DNA of 64,000 nucleotides from Pocillopora damicornis (Eukaryota): NCBI RefSeq assembly GCF_003704095.1, contig NW_020843882.1, positions 1 to 64,000 of the forward strand, read 5' to 3'. Shown piece by piece: positions 11,264 to 22,745 of this stretch (position 1 is its first letter; each line of letters starts with the position of its first letter). The notes under the pieces were generated by a model. It saw only the letters and a program-made list of their open reading frames with translations, ran no database searches and was not told where the DNA came from. The position numbers and the translations under genes were made by a program.

Positions 11264-14200
11264 ATGAATCGCCCTACATTAACGCCTTTTTTGCTTGTAG
11301 CGATTTTGTGCATGGGAGGAATCTCCGATTGTACAGCTGTGGATCAAGGCCTCCGTTTGCAGAGTTATTCCGCAGACCACGTAGAGGGATGTTACGTCCA
11401 CAATAAAACCTTGGGCGTCTGCTTCGATATTCGTGAAGGATTCATGAAATTGTTAAAGGCCAATGGCGATGAGATGGTTCTTTACATGGACCTTGGACCT
11501 GAAATGTTTTACTACAACATTATGGGTCAGGGTTTCATTGGGTAAGTGTGTGATTCAGTCCTCATTTGGAAATGGCTACCATTAATTACATCGAAGGACG
11601 AAAGAGGGCCTTCGTTTTAATTTTCCTCTTAAATATTTATATTAGTTTCAAAGGGTAGTTCCTTAAAGTGCTCATGACGCGAAATTTTTTTTTTTGCATT
11701 TTATGCTTGATAGCTGTATTTAAAATTAGAAATAATCGACCTTAGCGCCTAGCGAGTTCTCCTTGACCATTATTGGGCCATTGAAGATACGATTTGGCAG
11801 CCAAAATGTATCCCTGTTACGCGCGCGGCCAAAATGACCATGTTACGTAGCTGTGACGTAGAAAACTGTGAACACACGTCGTCAATTATCAGTAAGATAG
11901 GACGAACGTATTACGTGGCCGAAGCGCCAAATGATGTTAGCTACAAGAATAATACACATAAACTGGGTATTTCTATACACTACTTTCGAAAGGATGTAGC
12001 TGTATGGCCAAAATAGACGCGTTTCGATCGTCGATATCGAGGAGATTTTACTCTTCAACGTCGTCGGCCTTATGCTCCGTAACGGCTTCGAAGACGCCTG
12101 TTACGAACACATACCACTTGTCAAATCAGGGGAAGATAACCAATGAATTCGCCTAAAAAGAATGCTGATTAAGGGGCTAGTTTCTACGCCATACACGATT
12201 ATCTAACATTCTTTTCAGCTGACATTTCGCAAGCGAAGAATGGTGAGCTCCTTATTGTTGTTTATTTCACGCGCTTGAGATGTACTCATACTCCTTGTCT
12301 TTCCACATGACTACATTTGCGCTTTTCTTATTGTATGAAAATCCTACCAATTGTAGTTTCCATCGTATTTTAATAACAGATTTACATCATTTGTAATGAA
12401 GTTCAAGCCCTTTCCTGAGCTGACCGTTATCCTGTTTCGAACTGTTGCGTAACAGTGCGAAACCTCTGGCAGATACTGGCATAAAGACAAGTATGAAGGG
12501 GCCGTGAATTCTCCTAACCTTGGTTTCCGAAAGGCCATCCCACAAGCTATCAATTACCCCCTGCCCTCAAGAAACTAAAAGTAGCATCAGTAGCATTATC
12601 ATTGTGATAACAGCGCTGCCACGAGATAAATAAGGAAACACTAATTTTATTGAATTAGATGGTACCGAATCCAAGTGCCTTATTACATGTACAGTCGATG
12701 CGTAAGAAATATTCATTTATAGTACTAATGTCAGATTTTTCCTTTGAGTGGAATGGGTCATATGCCAATGCTGCACTTAAACCAAAGAAGTTTTTCTCTA
12801 TTAAAATTCCTATTTGAGATTAGCTTGAATCAGATGACTATAAACTCACTCGTTTTCCGTTCGGTCTGAGGGGCTCGACGGTGGCGACGACAGCCTCTGC
12901 CTTTGCGATCTCTGAGGAAAGCAGAAACTTGCGGTGAAACTGCTCGATGAATTTTCGGTAAAAATCCATCGTGCCTCGTGATACAGCTGATTCTTTCGTA
13001 AAAAGTTAGCTTTTGGTTTACCAAGGGAATTTCTCTACAACAACGAAACTCTCGAGCACCGAGGGGAACCTTCAACGCACTTAGTGTGAAGGAATAAAAT
13101 GTTATGGCAACAGAATTGAACACAGCTACCCACTCTTAACGTAGATTTCGTCATAGAAAACAAAACACAAACGCAGCAAACTAAACATTAAGTTACGGGT
13201 ATTTTTTGTTCTGATCTTCACCTAAACACCGCAGGCGAGAAACCGTCTTCCTACGGCTGAACCGTACTCGCAACTTCCGGTAGAGCTTGCTGAAGATAGG
13301 TATACTTCGCTATCGCACGTTATTTCAAGAGTATTTCAACGCTGACTGATACAAAATTATAAGAGATGTGAGAGATTTGCAAGCATCAACTGAAAGTTTT
13401 CACAGTTTTCTACGTCATCAGCCGCTAGTTCGTTACCAGTCCACGGGACACTTTTAAGACAAAATAAGAGCACTTCAGGGCGCCAAAAGACCGAGTTGTT
13501 AGATAATTTTCTCCCATCGGAATTGGTTTGTACATATGATGAACTAAGTACTTACGCAAAAAATAAAAAATTCGTGTCATAGGCACTTTAAGAATTTCCA
13601 TGATGTTCCTTTGTCTGCTTCATTTTTTGAAGCCTCAAGAATTAAAACAGGATCGATTGATTTTTTAGTTCATTAATGACCACTTTCCGGTTTGAAATCC
13701 ATGCCAGAAATCCATTCTCTGCTCAATCCTTTGCCATCACTAAATAATTTGATCCACACCAAGAAAGCCATTTAATTGGCAGAGCTTTTCCTCGTTCCAC
13801 GGACATGGTCCTTCATCTGTTTATGTCCCTGCCAACATTCCCGCAAGTCCAGAAGCGCTGAGGGAGTTTTTGAGACGCAGTTCTCAGAATGATAAGGAAC
13901 AAGAGGACCTCATGAAGAACCATTACCTGCAAGCCATAAGTGAGCTCCAGCATGTCCCAGAAACTCACTTACTGGAGCAGCTGTCTGCGGCTCTGGGCGA
14001 TAACTCAACTCGTTTAGAAATTCTCCAGCCTTTTCATTCCTTGTGCTTCAACTTACTGAAAACTTCTGGTATACAGATCGCACCCGAGCTACGAGCTGCA
14101 CATGACATGGAGGAAGATTACGCTGATTATGGTCAAGACAGGCAGAAGCGCGGTTGCGTAAGGCCAACGGCGAATAAATGCCGCGGACTTTGCGGTAAAG

Positions 14201-14382
14201 GATGTTGGTGCTGGAAGTGGTTTTGTGGAGATTGCTGTTGGCATCGGGGCTGTTATGAGCATGACCTGTGTTGCAAGAGGAAACCGTACAGTTCTTACTG
14301 TTTGGTGCCAATTGGTTTAAAGTGTTCTGGTTTCAGTTCTTATAAAAAATGCATGAAAAAAAGGTCATGGTTGGGAAAATAA
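11264..14382 (+). CDS. Secreted prepro-protein with C-terminal 14-Cys peptide, paralog 2 (~285 aa); intron acceptor non-canonical
   Basis: Exons 11264-11541 and 13803-14382 by alignment to the paralogs. Signal peptide, RQKR furin site and a very basic 76-aa 14-Cys domain. The homologous acceptor reads GG (13801-13802) instead of AG. Confidence 0.78.
11667..13587. mobile_element. Decayed, internally deleted Kolobok DNA transposon
   Basis: TTAA at 11663-11666 and 13588-13591. ~30-bp TIRs agtgctcatgacgcgaaattttt... / ...aaaaattcgtgtcataggcact with AG...CT termini. THAP remnant on + (~11900-12200) and KolX-like remnant on - (~12425-13320). Confidence 0.85.
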
Positions 14383-17300
14383 TGCGCGAGATAATGATAT
14401 TATACTCCCGCAAAACAAGAAAACGAGGGGTTCTGACTTTACCTGTCAGTTGTAGTAGTTTCATTTAGTTTCACACATCTCAATGCAATTATATTTTCTC
14501 TCCAGTGGTTCTAAATACGCTTTATTCTGTTATAAGTACTGTCTCATTTACTGGTTGCAAAGATGTCATCATGGGAAATAAAGAAACTTGTTGGTTTATC
14601 AAGTAGTCAAGTTTTTCCTTTATCCGTTTTGAACGATCAATATACTAAAAACCATACTTGGGTAATTTCGAAAAATTCGGCGGAGTATAGGCTAGGATAC
14701 CCTTCCCCAAACTTTCCAAAGATTTGTTAAAGTTTGTAAAAAATTCAATATAAACGCCTGGTTTTTCCTATCCCTTCTCAAAGTTCTGCCATCTTGGCTA
14801 GTATACCTTTCTTGGCGATGCGACGAAGAAGATACCAGTTTTAGAGGTTTTTACTAAATCACCGAGAATGCCAACATCTTCCCACCAGTTGTCCCAACGA
14901 AACTAAGGAAACAAGAGCGGCACACTCGTCAGATGAATTTTTTTTGTGATAGAGAATTCGAACAGCCAAGCTGAGCCACACTCTTTACATGCCATAACAA
15001 GCTAGCAATCTAACTAAATTTTAACATATTCAGGTAACACAATTAAATAATTCTGGCTTGGGCTCCGTTCTTACAGAGACCCGTTAAGTTAAGATCAGAG
15101 TACACTGGGAAGAAAAAAAAAAGGCAACTCCATTAATCATTGTCCATCTCATGTAACTTCCCTTCAGTCATGCAGATTTAATCACGGCTGCTTCGATCAT
15201 GTAACTTCAGCTTTGATGGGATTCGAATTAAGAAATGCTCCCTTGTTGAAAATAATTTTGCTGAAATTCGTATGCGCGATTGTAATTCATGAATGAATGG
15301 CCTTATCCCTGAGTATCTCCTGTCCAACTCTTCCACAATGAAACACACAGTTCCCTAAGGGACTCCGTAAACAAACTGGTTGTTCCTTTACTGCAAGCAA
15401 ACCTTCTGAAAATATTTTCATTATAATGGCGCAACCCTCTGGAACAGTTTACCCTTTAGTCTTAGACAGACAGAATCGTCTTCAATTTATATGTCAGACT
15501 CACAGCATTCATGGAAAACAAACTTTTAGTTACTAAATAATTTGATATTATAAGTAAGTAATTAGTTATGTCAAGGTTGGCTTTTTAGCATAGATTTAAA
15601 TCTTATTATCGTGTTTTACATCCCAACAAATTTTAAGCGAGTGTAAAGAAAGATTAAAGATTAATCTGACTGCCTCAAATTAAAATCTCTTTAGAAACGA
15701 CTCGAAATGTCTCTTTTGTTGCCCTTGAAATGTTCGCAGCGCTTAACCGCTGGGTTTAATCATCAAGCTGGCAAACTTGCCTCTGTAAACAATTGAATTT
15801 AATGCTCTAGTTGTTGATGGATGTAAAAAAAACAAAAATTGAAAACCAGTCATATTGCCACTCGACTGAATTAATCCTGATATACTCAATGACTTAAAAA
15901 AAATTTCCTCTGTATATGGATTAAAGGCATCGTAACAGTAATGGGTATCGAACTTCAAGATGAGAACTGAAAATATTCCTAAGAGCTCAGATTGTTCAAG
16001 TTCGTCTCTCATAATCCTTTTCATTTTTGATAATCCTTGTCCTTTTTGGTTTATTTTTCCATTTAGGGTGTTTTTCTTTTTCACCAAAATAATACAGTTT
16101 TCCTCTCGAGTAAACTTTACTTTTCGAATCGAAACGAATCTTGAAATGTATCATCTGGCAGCTCTAAACTTTGATAAACCCAGCCTTGACACAGGCCACG
16201 AGCTATTGCTCACGCAAATATATCAATATAGTCTTAATCTGACATTCATCCGTTTGGAGTCATGTAGGTTCAGCATTTTGCTGCTTCCTGTCTGATTTTT
16301 CCATTTATGTCCAGAAATTCACGCGGTAACAAAAATGGCTAGATTTAAAAAGAGTTTCGCCAAACAGAGTGAATGTTCATGGGTTTGTTGATTTTAGTCA
16401 AATTCGTTACAGCGAAATCAGCTTGGCGTAATTGAAAATTTGACAAAATATCAGTCAAATTTGTCAGAGCGAAATCAGCTTGGCGGATTTGACGATTTTG
16501 ATGAATGTTCGCCATTTTTAAGATGTTGCATGGCTTTTGTCCGGTTTTCTGTTTTACCGATTCATGTGCGACCTGAAAACAGAGGACAAAGAGCTAACCT
16601 GTGGATGTACCACCACTAAAGTATTACTACAAGGAATTCGTTTTATCGCTGTATTTCAGTCCAGAATTTAATCAAACTAGTCATGCCGGGTTTACATAAC
16701 TCCAAATCACTTTACGCGGATTCCTTTTTCCAATGATTGAGACCCCGCGATACTTTCGTGAAAGAATTCATGCATGAAATGTTTATTTCACGTCATCCCA
16801 ACCTTAGTTATGTCCTAAATGAAAACATTCTGAACCAAACAAGCATTGCGGTAATCAAAATTTAACGATTTCTCTAGGCACTGAAGCCGTCTAAATTCTT
16901 GAATGACAAAAGGGTGCTTTCTGAAGCCCTTAAACTGTTTCGTTTTGAATGTCGAAGAAAGGGCTTTTCACGGTTCGCAGAAAAATTGATTATTTTCCTG
17001 GGCTTCTGTATCGTCGGCAAAAGATGTTCACTTGTATTCACTACCGACTCTTTCTATATACTTTGATGTGAAGAAAGTAAAACGAACAGTTTTCATCATG
17101 AATAATGCTGGGCCTAAAAAACTATTAAAAACATAAACAAAAGCGCTGAGAGCTGCTTCCTTTAGCAGAGTTTGAACAGATGTTACCAAAAAGGGCAATC
17201 ATGAGAACAGATGTACGTGTTTTTTGATAATGAAGAAACGGAATAAGATCCGGTGGAATTTTTTGTGGCGGCTTATGAAGAAACTGAAACTGCTGGTCAC

Positions 17301-17456
17301 GTTTAAAAAGTGGACTTTGGCCAGAGAGACAATACATTTAAGAATCAAGTTGCTATACACCGTGCCACAAATTCAACAGGAGTGAGTCCTGCAGTGTGAT
17401 TCTCATACAACAGTAGTCACTTCACTTCACGTTTGTAACTTACAGCATTTTCTGAA

Positions 17457-18903
17457 ATGTCTTCTTCAAACATTCCAATTTCTTTTCTTTTAACGGTGGT
17501 AGTTTTTTGTTGCTCAGTAGCAAGCTGTGATTGTAAATCTTCAACTCAAGCGTTCCACTTCGAGGATTACTCAGAGCAGCGAGTAAAAGGATGCTACTAT
17601 CATAACCAGACTTTGGGGATTTGTTTTGATATTGAACAAGGCTCGATAAAACTGATGGAGACGGCCGGGAGAATAATAGTGTTATACCAAGAACTTGGTA
17701 CAGACATGTTCTATTACAAGATTATAGATCAAGATTTCCTAGGGTAAGTGAAACGATGTTTTTTTATCGCAATCGGGAAAAGAGTTGTCATTGACCCGTG
17801 CTCTTTGATGAAAGATATCTGTCGATCAACTGTCAGCAGCTATACTGAAAAACGCCCTCGAAAGTTCCCTGACGTTCTTATTCTGTTCTGCTACGTCATT
17901 CATAGCGTAAAGTGGGTAATACCGGTAACATTGTAATTCATCGTACAACATTAGACTACTGAAAATTGGAAAAAAAAAACCCTTGAAAAATGATGAAGTT
18001 GTTCACCGGCATACTTGTAATGAATCAGTCTGTAAACAGAAGAAAGAAGAAACACAGTTTTTAGATATGTAAAATAGACAGCATTTAGAAACCACTTTGT
18101 CATGTCATAAGATAATCCCATCCACATAAACATTTTCTGAAAGCCGTTTATTACAGAAAACAACCGCATGTTTGAAGTTTCTTTAAAGAAAATGTCGCCG
18201 TTTTGTAAAAAGATACATTCAGCGCCAGAACCTCTTGAATATCACTTAACACGAAGAAACAGACCACGCGATCTTTTAAAGCTGGCAGCACTTACGTCCA
18301 CAGAGAATTAACTTCTGATCAATAATTTTGTCAATCCTCTTTAGGCGCGGTCCATCATTGTTTTATATTCCCAAAGCCATTCCCAAAGTATCACACAATC
18401 TTTACGAGTTTCTGACGATGGGCCGGACCTCCGAGGAAACACAGGTCGAACTTCAAGCGTTAAAAATCCATTACCATGAGGCCATAAGAGAGCTGCGGCA
18501 AGAACCGGAAATTCAACTTCTGGAACGTTTGTCACAAGCACTTGCTGAAAACGTAACCCAATCGGAAATGTTAAAGCCATTTCATGCCCTGTGTTACAAT
18601 CTCCTGAAGACTTCAGACGTTCAGACTCCACACGAGTTGAGGGCTAGACGCGATTTGGGAAATGAAATTTCTGGGCACCATAGTAAGAGACAAAAGCGCT
18701 GTGACTTAGCGCTTGATCCAAAACAAAATAATTGCACTGGTATGTGTGGCCCCAACTGTTCATGCTGGTCTTGGGTCTGTGGTGACTGTTGTTTCCATCA
18801 GGGATGTCATGAACACGATGTATGTTGTGAGAAATATGGGTCTTGGAGCGCCTATTGTGCTTTACCGCTCGGCTTCAGTTGTGAAAGTTATAGGACATGT
18901 TAA
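17457..18903 (+). CDS. Secreted prepro-protein with C-terminal 14-Cys peptide, paralog 3 (~281 aa)
   Basis: Exons 17457-17743 and 18345-18903, with the same phase-2 intron position as the paralogs. Signal peptide, RQKR site and a 67-aa 14-Cys domain. Confidence 0.87.
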
Positions 18904-19093
18904 CGATGGAAATGACAAGTTGCCTTTTTTTTGTAAAGTATGCATCTTTTGCTTCAATAAATTATACTTTAAAAATTAAAATAGATGAAATATAAACACA
19001 TTTTTCGTTTTAAGTAAATTATCTGTACAACTTTACCAGTTTCTTTTGGTTTAAAAAACATGGACTCAGAACCTATACCTAGTGTTTTGCTAC

Positions 19094-19293
19094 TTAACCC
19101 TTTACAACCCAACATCAGTGTGCAGGTTCTTCATACATTTCTTAAGGAGCTGACGAGGAGAATTTGTTTAACAATCAAGAGCTTCTTTAGTTGGTGATCA
19201 TTTCTTTTATCTTTTGACCTCAATGTGTGTTTTAGGGGGTGATTATGGAGGGAGAAATTAGATGCTAGTCACTTTGAGGGGTCATAGGGTTAA
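19094..19293. mobile_element. piggyBac-type MITE
   Basis: TTAA-CCCTTTA...TAGGG-TTAA termini, ~190 bp, non-coding. Confidence 0.7.
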
Positions 19294-20566
19294 TTTTGGT
19301 CCTGATTACCCTTTTTAAAAGAAGAATCAGAACTTATCTTTCAGGTTTGAATAACAAGGGTTTCAATAATGCTGATAGCTCATTTTTATTTCTTTTGTGC
19401 AATTAACAGCAATTTAACTTCTACATTATAATGATGAAACTTTCAAGAGCATATGGAGCAGTTTAACAAGACCTAGCTTTTCAATTCTCTGAACATGGTT
19501 CTTTTTTCTCATTCCCATGAATGTAATGAAATATTCAATATGCTTATCAACAAATATCTTTTTACTTCATTCTAGGTAAATAAAACTTGTTTGGATCGAA
19601 TTTGATAAAAAAAATCATGACAAGTTTTGTTATCAGACTTGCACTGAATTACTCAAATATACTAGTTGCAAGCATAAAATATTTGAATAGTCTAAATAGT
19701 CTAGAATCATCCAATGCACAACATCCAAAGCCATGAATTTTTTTCAAATCACATTTTGATACACAGTGTTATTGTATACAAAGTATCATTCCATTGATCA
19801 TGTGTATGTAAATAAAAAAGAAAGACATTGTTCTTTTTGATTGTTCAACCAGTGAAAAAAATATTCTTTGATCTCTATAAACGAGACAAAAAATCTGAGT
19901 CTCTCTCACAAGGATTGAAACTCCAGACCTTCACACTTCATTGTTGATGCCCTACACCGAAGTAGACAGTGCTTATCATCAAGTTTCACCATAGAAAGTG
20001 AAAAAAACATTTTTCTTTATACAATTAAGCTCTACAGTATTTTTTATTTTTATTTACAGGCTCTGTGCTCACAATGCTTGTCCCATTAGCCTAAGAGATA
20101 CACAAAGGCCTGTAAAGTCTGTGACAATTATGTTTTTTTTTAATCCACCTAATCATTGAAAAATTACAACCAACGTCTGAGATATGTACATATTAGGTGA
20201 TGAGCACTGAGAAAGCAATTTCATTTGATCATAACCAGTCTTCTTTCCTATCTAATTTTGTTACACAAGTGAAAAGGAACAATGAAAGAAAACACATCAC
20301 ACCAATAATTACACCAACATTGAAAACCAGAGAAGCAAAGGAGAATAGACAAAGGCAGGAGTTCAACCACCCATAGCTCCGTGATGGAAATGCTTCTTGT
20401 GTTCCCTTGGTTTAAACATAAAGTGAAATTCAAAGGAAAATACATCATTTGCTCACCTAGTCATTGTTTTAATTCACCAATAAGGTAATGGTGTCTCTTC
20501 AAATTTTTAAAATCAGAATTCACAAAAATTAATCCAAAATGTTTGTATCATTAACACTTTAAATTT

Positions 20567-21643
20567 TTAACTAATCCCACTCCACTTGATGGATGTATAC
20601 AAAATTTCATCTGTCTCATCATTTATAGAACAAATAAGGGCTGTTTTTTTAACAGTAGCACCCAGTCTTCCAGCTGAGATCATCTCAAATGGAGTAATTT
20701 TCTTTCCCCATGGAACAATAATAACAATGAAATATGAGTGATACCTGAATGGATCACCAGGATATGCTAGTAAATCTCCTCCAAATTTAACACCAGATGT
20801 TAAATAATATCCTTTTTCCCATAAGTCCAAAAATACCCTGTAATGCAGCTTTTCAGTTTCTGTGTGGGGGTATGTCCAATGTGCTATTGAAAGAGTCTGC
20901 AGTCTTTGTGATGGCATAATTGTTGGAATGTGAATTAAAGTTCCAAGGGCAGACAAGGCCTTTGTTTCCTCATGATTAATATCACGGTTAGGTGACACTC
21001 TCTGCAAGCTAGACTTGTCCTTACGTTTACAACCCAATTCAATTTCAATGTGATGGGCCTCAATGCTATCAGTTTTTCTTACTGATTCTTCATTAGTTGT
21101 CAAACCATTGTCTATATTACCTTTCGAATCCAATTGATTAGCAACTTTTTCCTCCTTTTGGTTGCATTTTTCAGGATTGCCTTCTTCTAATTCTTCACTT
21201 TTCACTTTTTTTACTGGACTAGTTACATTTTCATCTTTCTCTCTCAGTTTTCTCTTCCTCCTTCTTCCCTCCTCGATAATTTCTGCTAATTCCACCTGCT
21301 TTTCTTCTCTTTCTCTTTCAAACAACTCTCTCTGTTTAACAACGCTGTCATGGCGAAGCTCATGAAACGTCTTAACTTCTTCATTCGATGGAACCGGGAG
21401 ATTTTCCGGTAAGTCAAACATCCTTGCCAGTCCCTTGTTCAAAAGTAACGTGGCCTCTGCTTGCGAAAGAAGAAGCGGCAAAGAAAAACAATGGTTCTGT
21501 TTTGGTTTACGAGGTAGTGATCCAATGAGTGATCCAACTATGCGATATTCAACACGAATTTTCTCAGCATCTTCAGGGTTCCAAACGAAAACTTTACTGG
21601 ATTGAGAGAATAAAGTCACACAGGTTTCCGCGCCGTCCGCCAT
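20567..21643 (-). CDS. TSEN34: tRNA-splicing endonuclease catalytic subunit Sen34, single exon, 358 aa
   Basis: N-terminal RIVGSLIGSLPRKPKQN..LPLLLS. C-terminal catalytic domain VFLDLWEKGYYLTSGVKFGGDLLAYPGDPFRYHS...GRLGATVKK with the Tyr/His/Lys triad. Confidence 0.95.
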   Translation of the reverse strand: MADGAETCVTLFSQSSKVFVWNPEDAEKIRVEYRIVGSLIGSLPRKPKQNHCFSLPLLLSQAEATLLLNKGLARMFDLPENLPVPSNEEVKTFHELRHDSVVKQRELFEREREEKQVELAEIIEEGRRRKRKLREKDENVTSPVKKVKSEELEEGNPEKCNQKEEKVANQLDSKGNIDNGLTTNEESVRKTDSIEAHHIEIELGCKRKDKSSLQRVSPNRDINHEETKALSALGTLIHIPTIMPSQRLQTLSIAHWTYPHTETEKLHYRVFLDLWEKGYYLTSGVKFGGDLLAYPGDPFRYHSYFIVIIVPWGKKITPFEMISAGRLGATVKKTALICSINDETDEILYTSIKWSGIS

Positions 21644-22535
21644 ATTGAAAATTATCTTTTTTGTGTAACCGCTGAAGTAAACTTTTTAATAATCTCGGGC
21701 GGTTACACTGAAGAGCCTAGTCTCCAGTCTCCAGCTACGAGAATTTCCAATTACAATATTTCACCCTAGTTTAGTAAATACGACAATGACAAAGATCGAT
21801 ATCTATACGCAGTTTTCCCAGGAAATAGTCAAACTGGTTTTTTTTTTTTTTTCATCAAATTAGCGCATGACCTTCTCTCGGAATGTATAGTTGTTGCCTT
21901 CAAAGCTTGGGATACAAGTTTTATTTACTCGCTACGGTTCATAATATATACTTAGCACGGTATTTAAAAGTAGTCTTTAGACATAAGAAGAACTTTCTTT
22001 CGGTAGCAACCGGAGCCCATGCAATTGGCCTCTTAGCTTGAATTGTTTGGGAATGTAAGATATTTCAATCTCTTTTTAAGTCCAGGGTAAATAATCCGCG
22101 ATAAGCACTGATGATTAATAAGAATTATCAACACACCTCAGCTGGTGTAGACGCCTTTTTGAGAGCCAGCAATACAAACGCCATACCAGACATACCGCGC
22201 TAAGGCATACCTGAAAACTGTGCACATCAACTATTCCACTGAGTGAGAGGCACCGGATACACAGCTTCCTAACACCTCTGCAAGAGGCGGGGGTGCATGG
22301 GCGGGGGGGGGGGGGGGGGNNNNNNNNNNAGGGGGAATGAGTGTCATAAGAACATGCTGTTCAAAGGGATCACAAGTCAAACAAAGGCCCGACTTCGAAG
22401 GCTTACAGTTGTGAGTATGACACAATATGACTTTACTTCTGATACTTATTTCCGGTGTGTCTTCATGGCTCGAGAATGTTGAGACTACACTTGAAATAAC
22501 GAAAAAATTAAGTCTGCCATTTCTGACAAACATGT

Positions 22536-22745
22536 TGACCCTTTAATACCATGAGTGAGTAAGACAGAATTTCTCCTTGAAACATCAATACAACATCGAG
22601 CAGGCAATTTATGAGAATGTAGAAAACTATCAATTAGGATATAATTAGTTGATCCATTACCATTTTCTCTGATGTAACATTTTAAGAATTTTGCTACAGA
22701 CAGTGAGGAGAAATACTAATGAGATCTTAGGAGTGAGAAGATTAA
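22536..22745. mobile_element. piggyBac-type MITE, same family as 34469-34675
   Basis: Shares catgagtga..aagacagaatttctcctt...attagttgatcca...gagatctt.ggagt with the copy at 34469; termini degraded. Confidence 0.7.

Noticed and set aside
11667-13587. piggyBac assignment for the TTAA-flanked element
   Set aside because: Termini are AG...CT rather than CC...GG, and the cargo is THAP + KolX-like, which fits Kolobok.
15100-16300. Possible decayed coding sequence on the minus strand (ORFs 15743-16087 and 15960-16295)
   Set aside because: Stops in all frames and no motif I can recognise; BLASTx would be needed.
22290-22336. G-quadruplex or poly-Gly/Pro ORFs
   Set aside because: Homopolymer G run abutting a 10-N gap; sequence unreliable.
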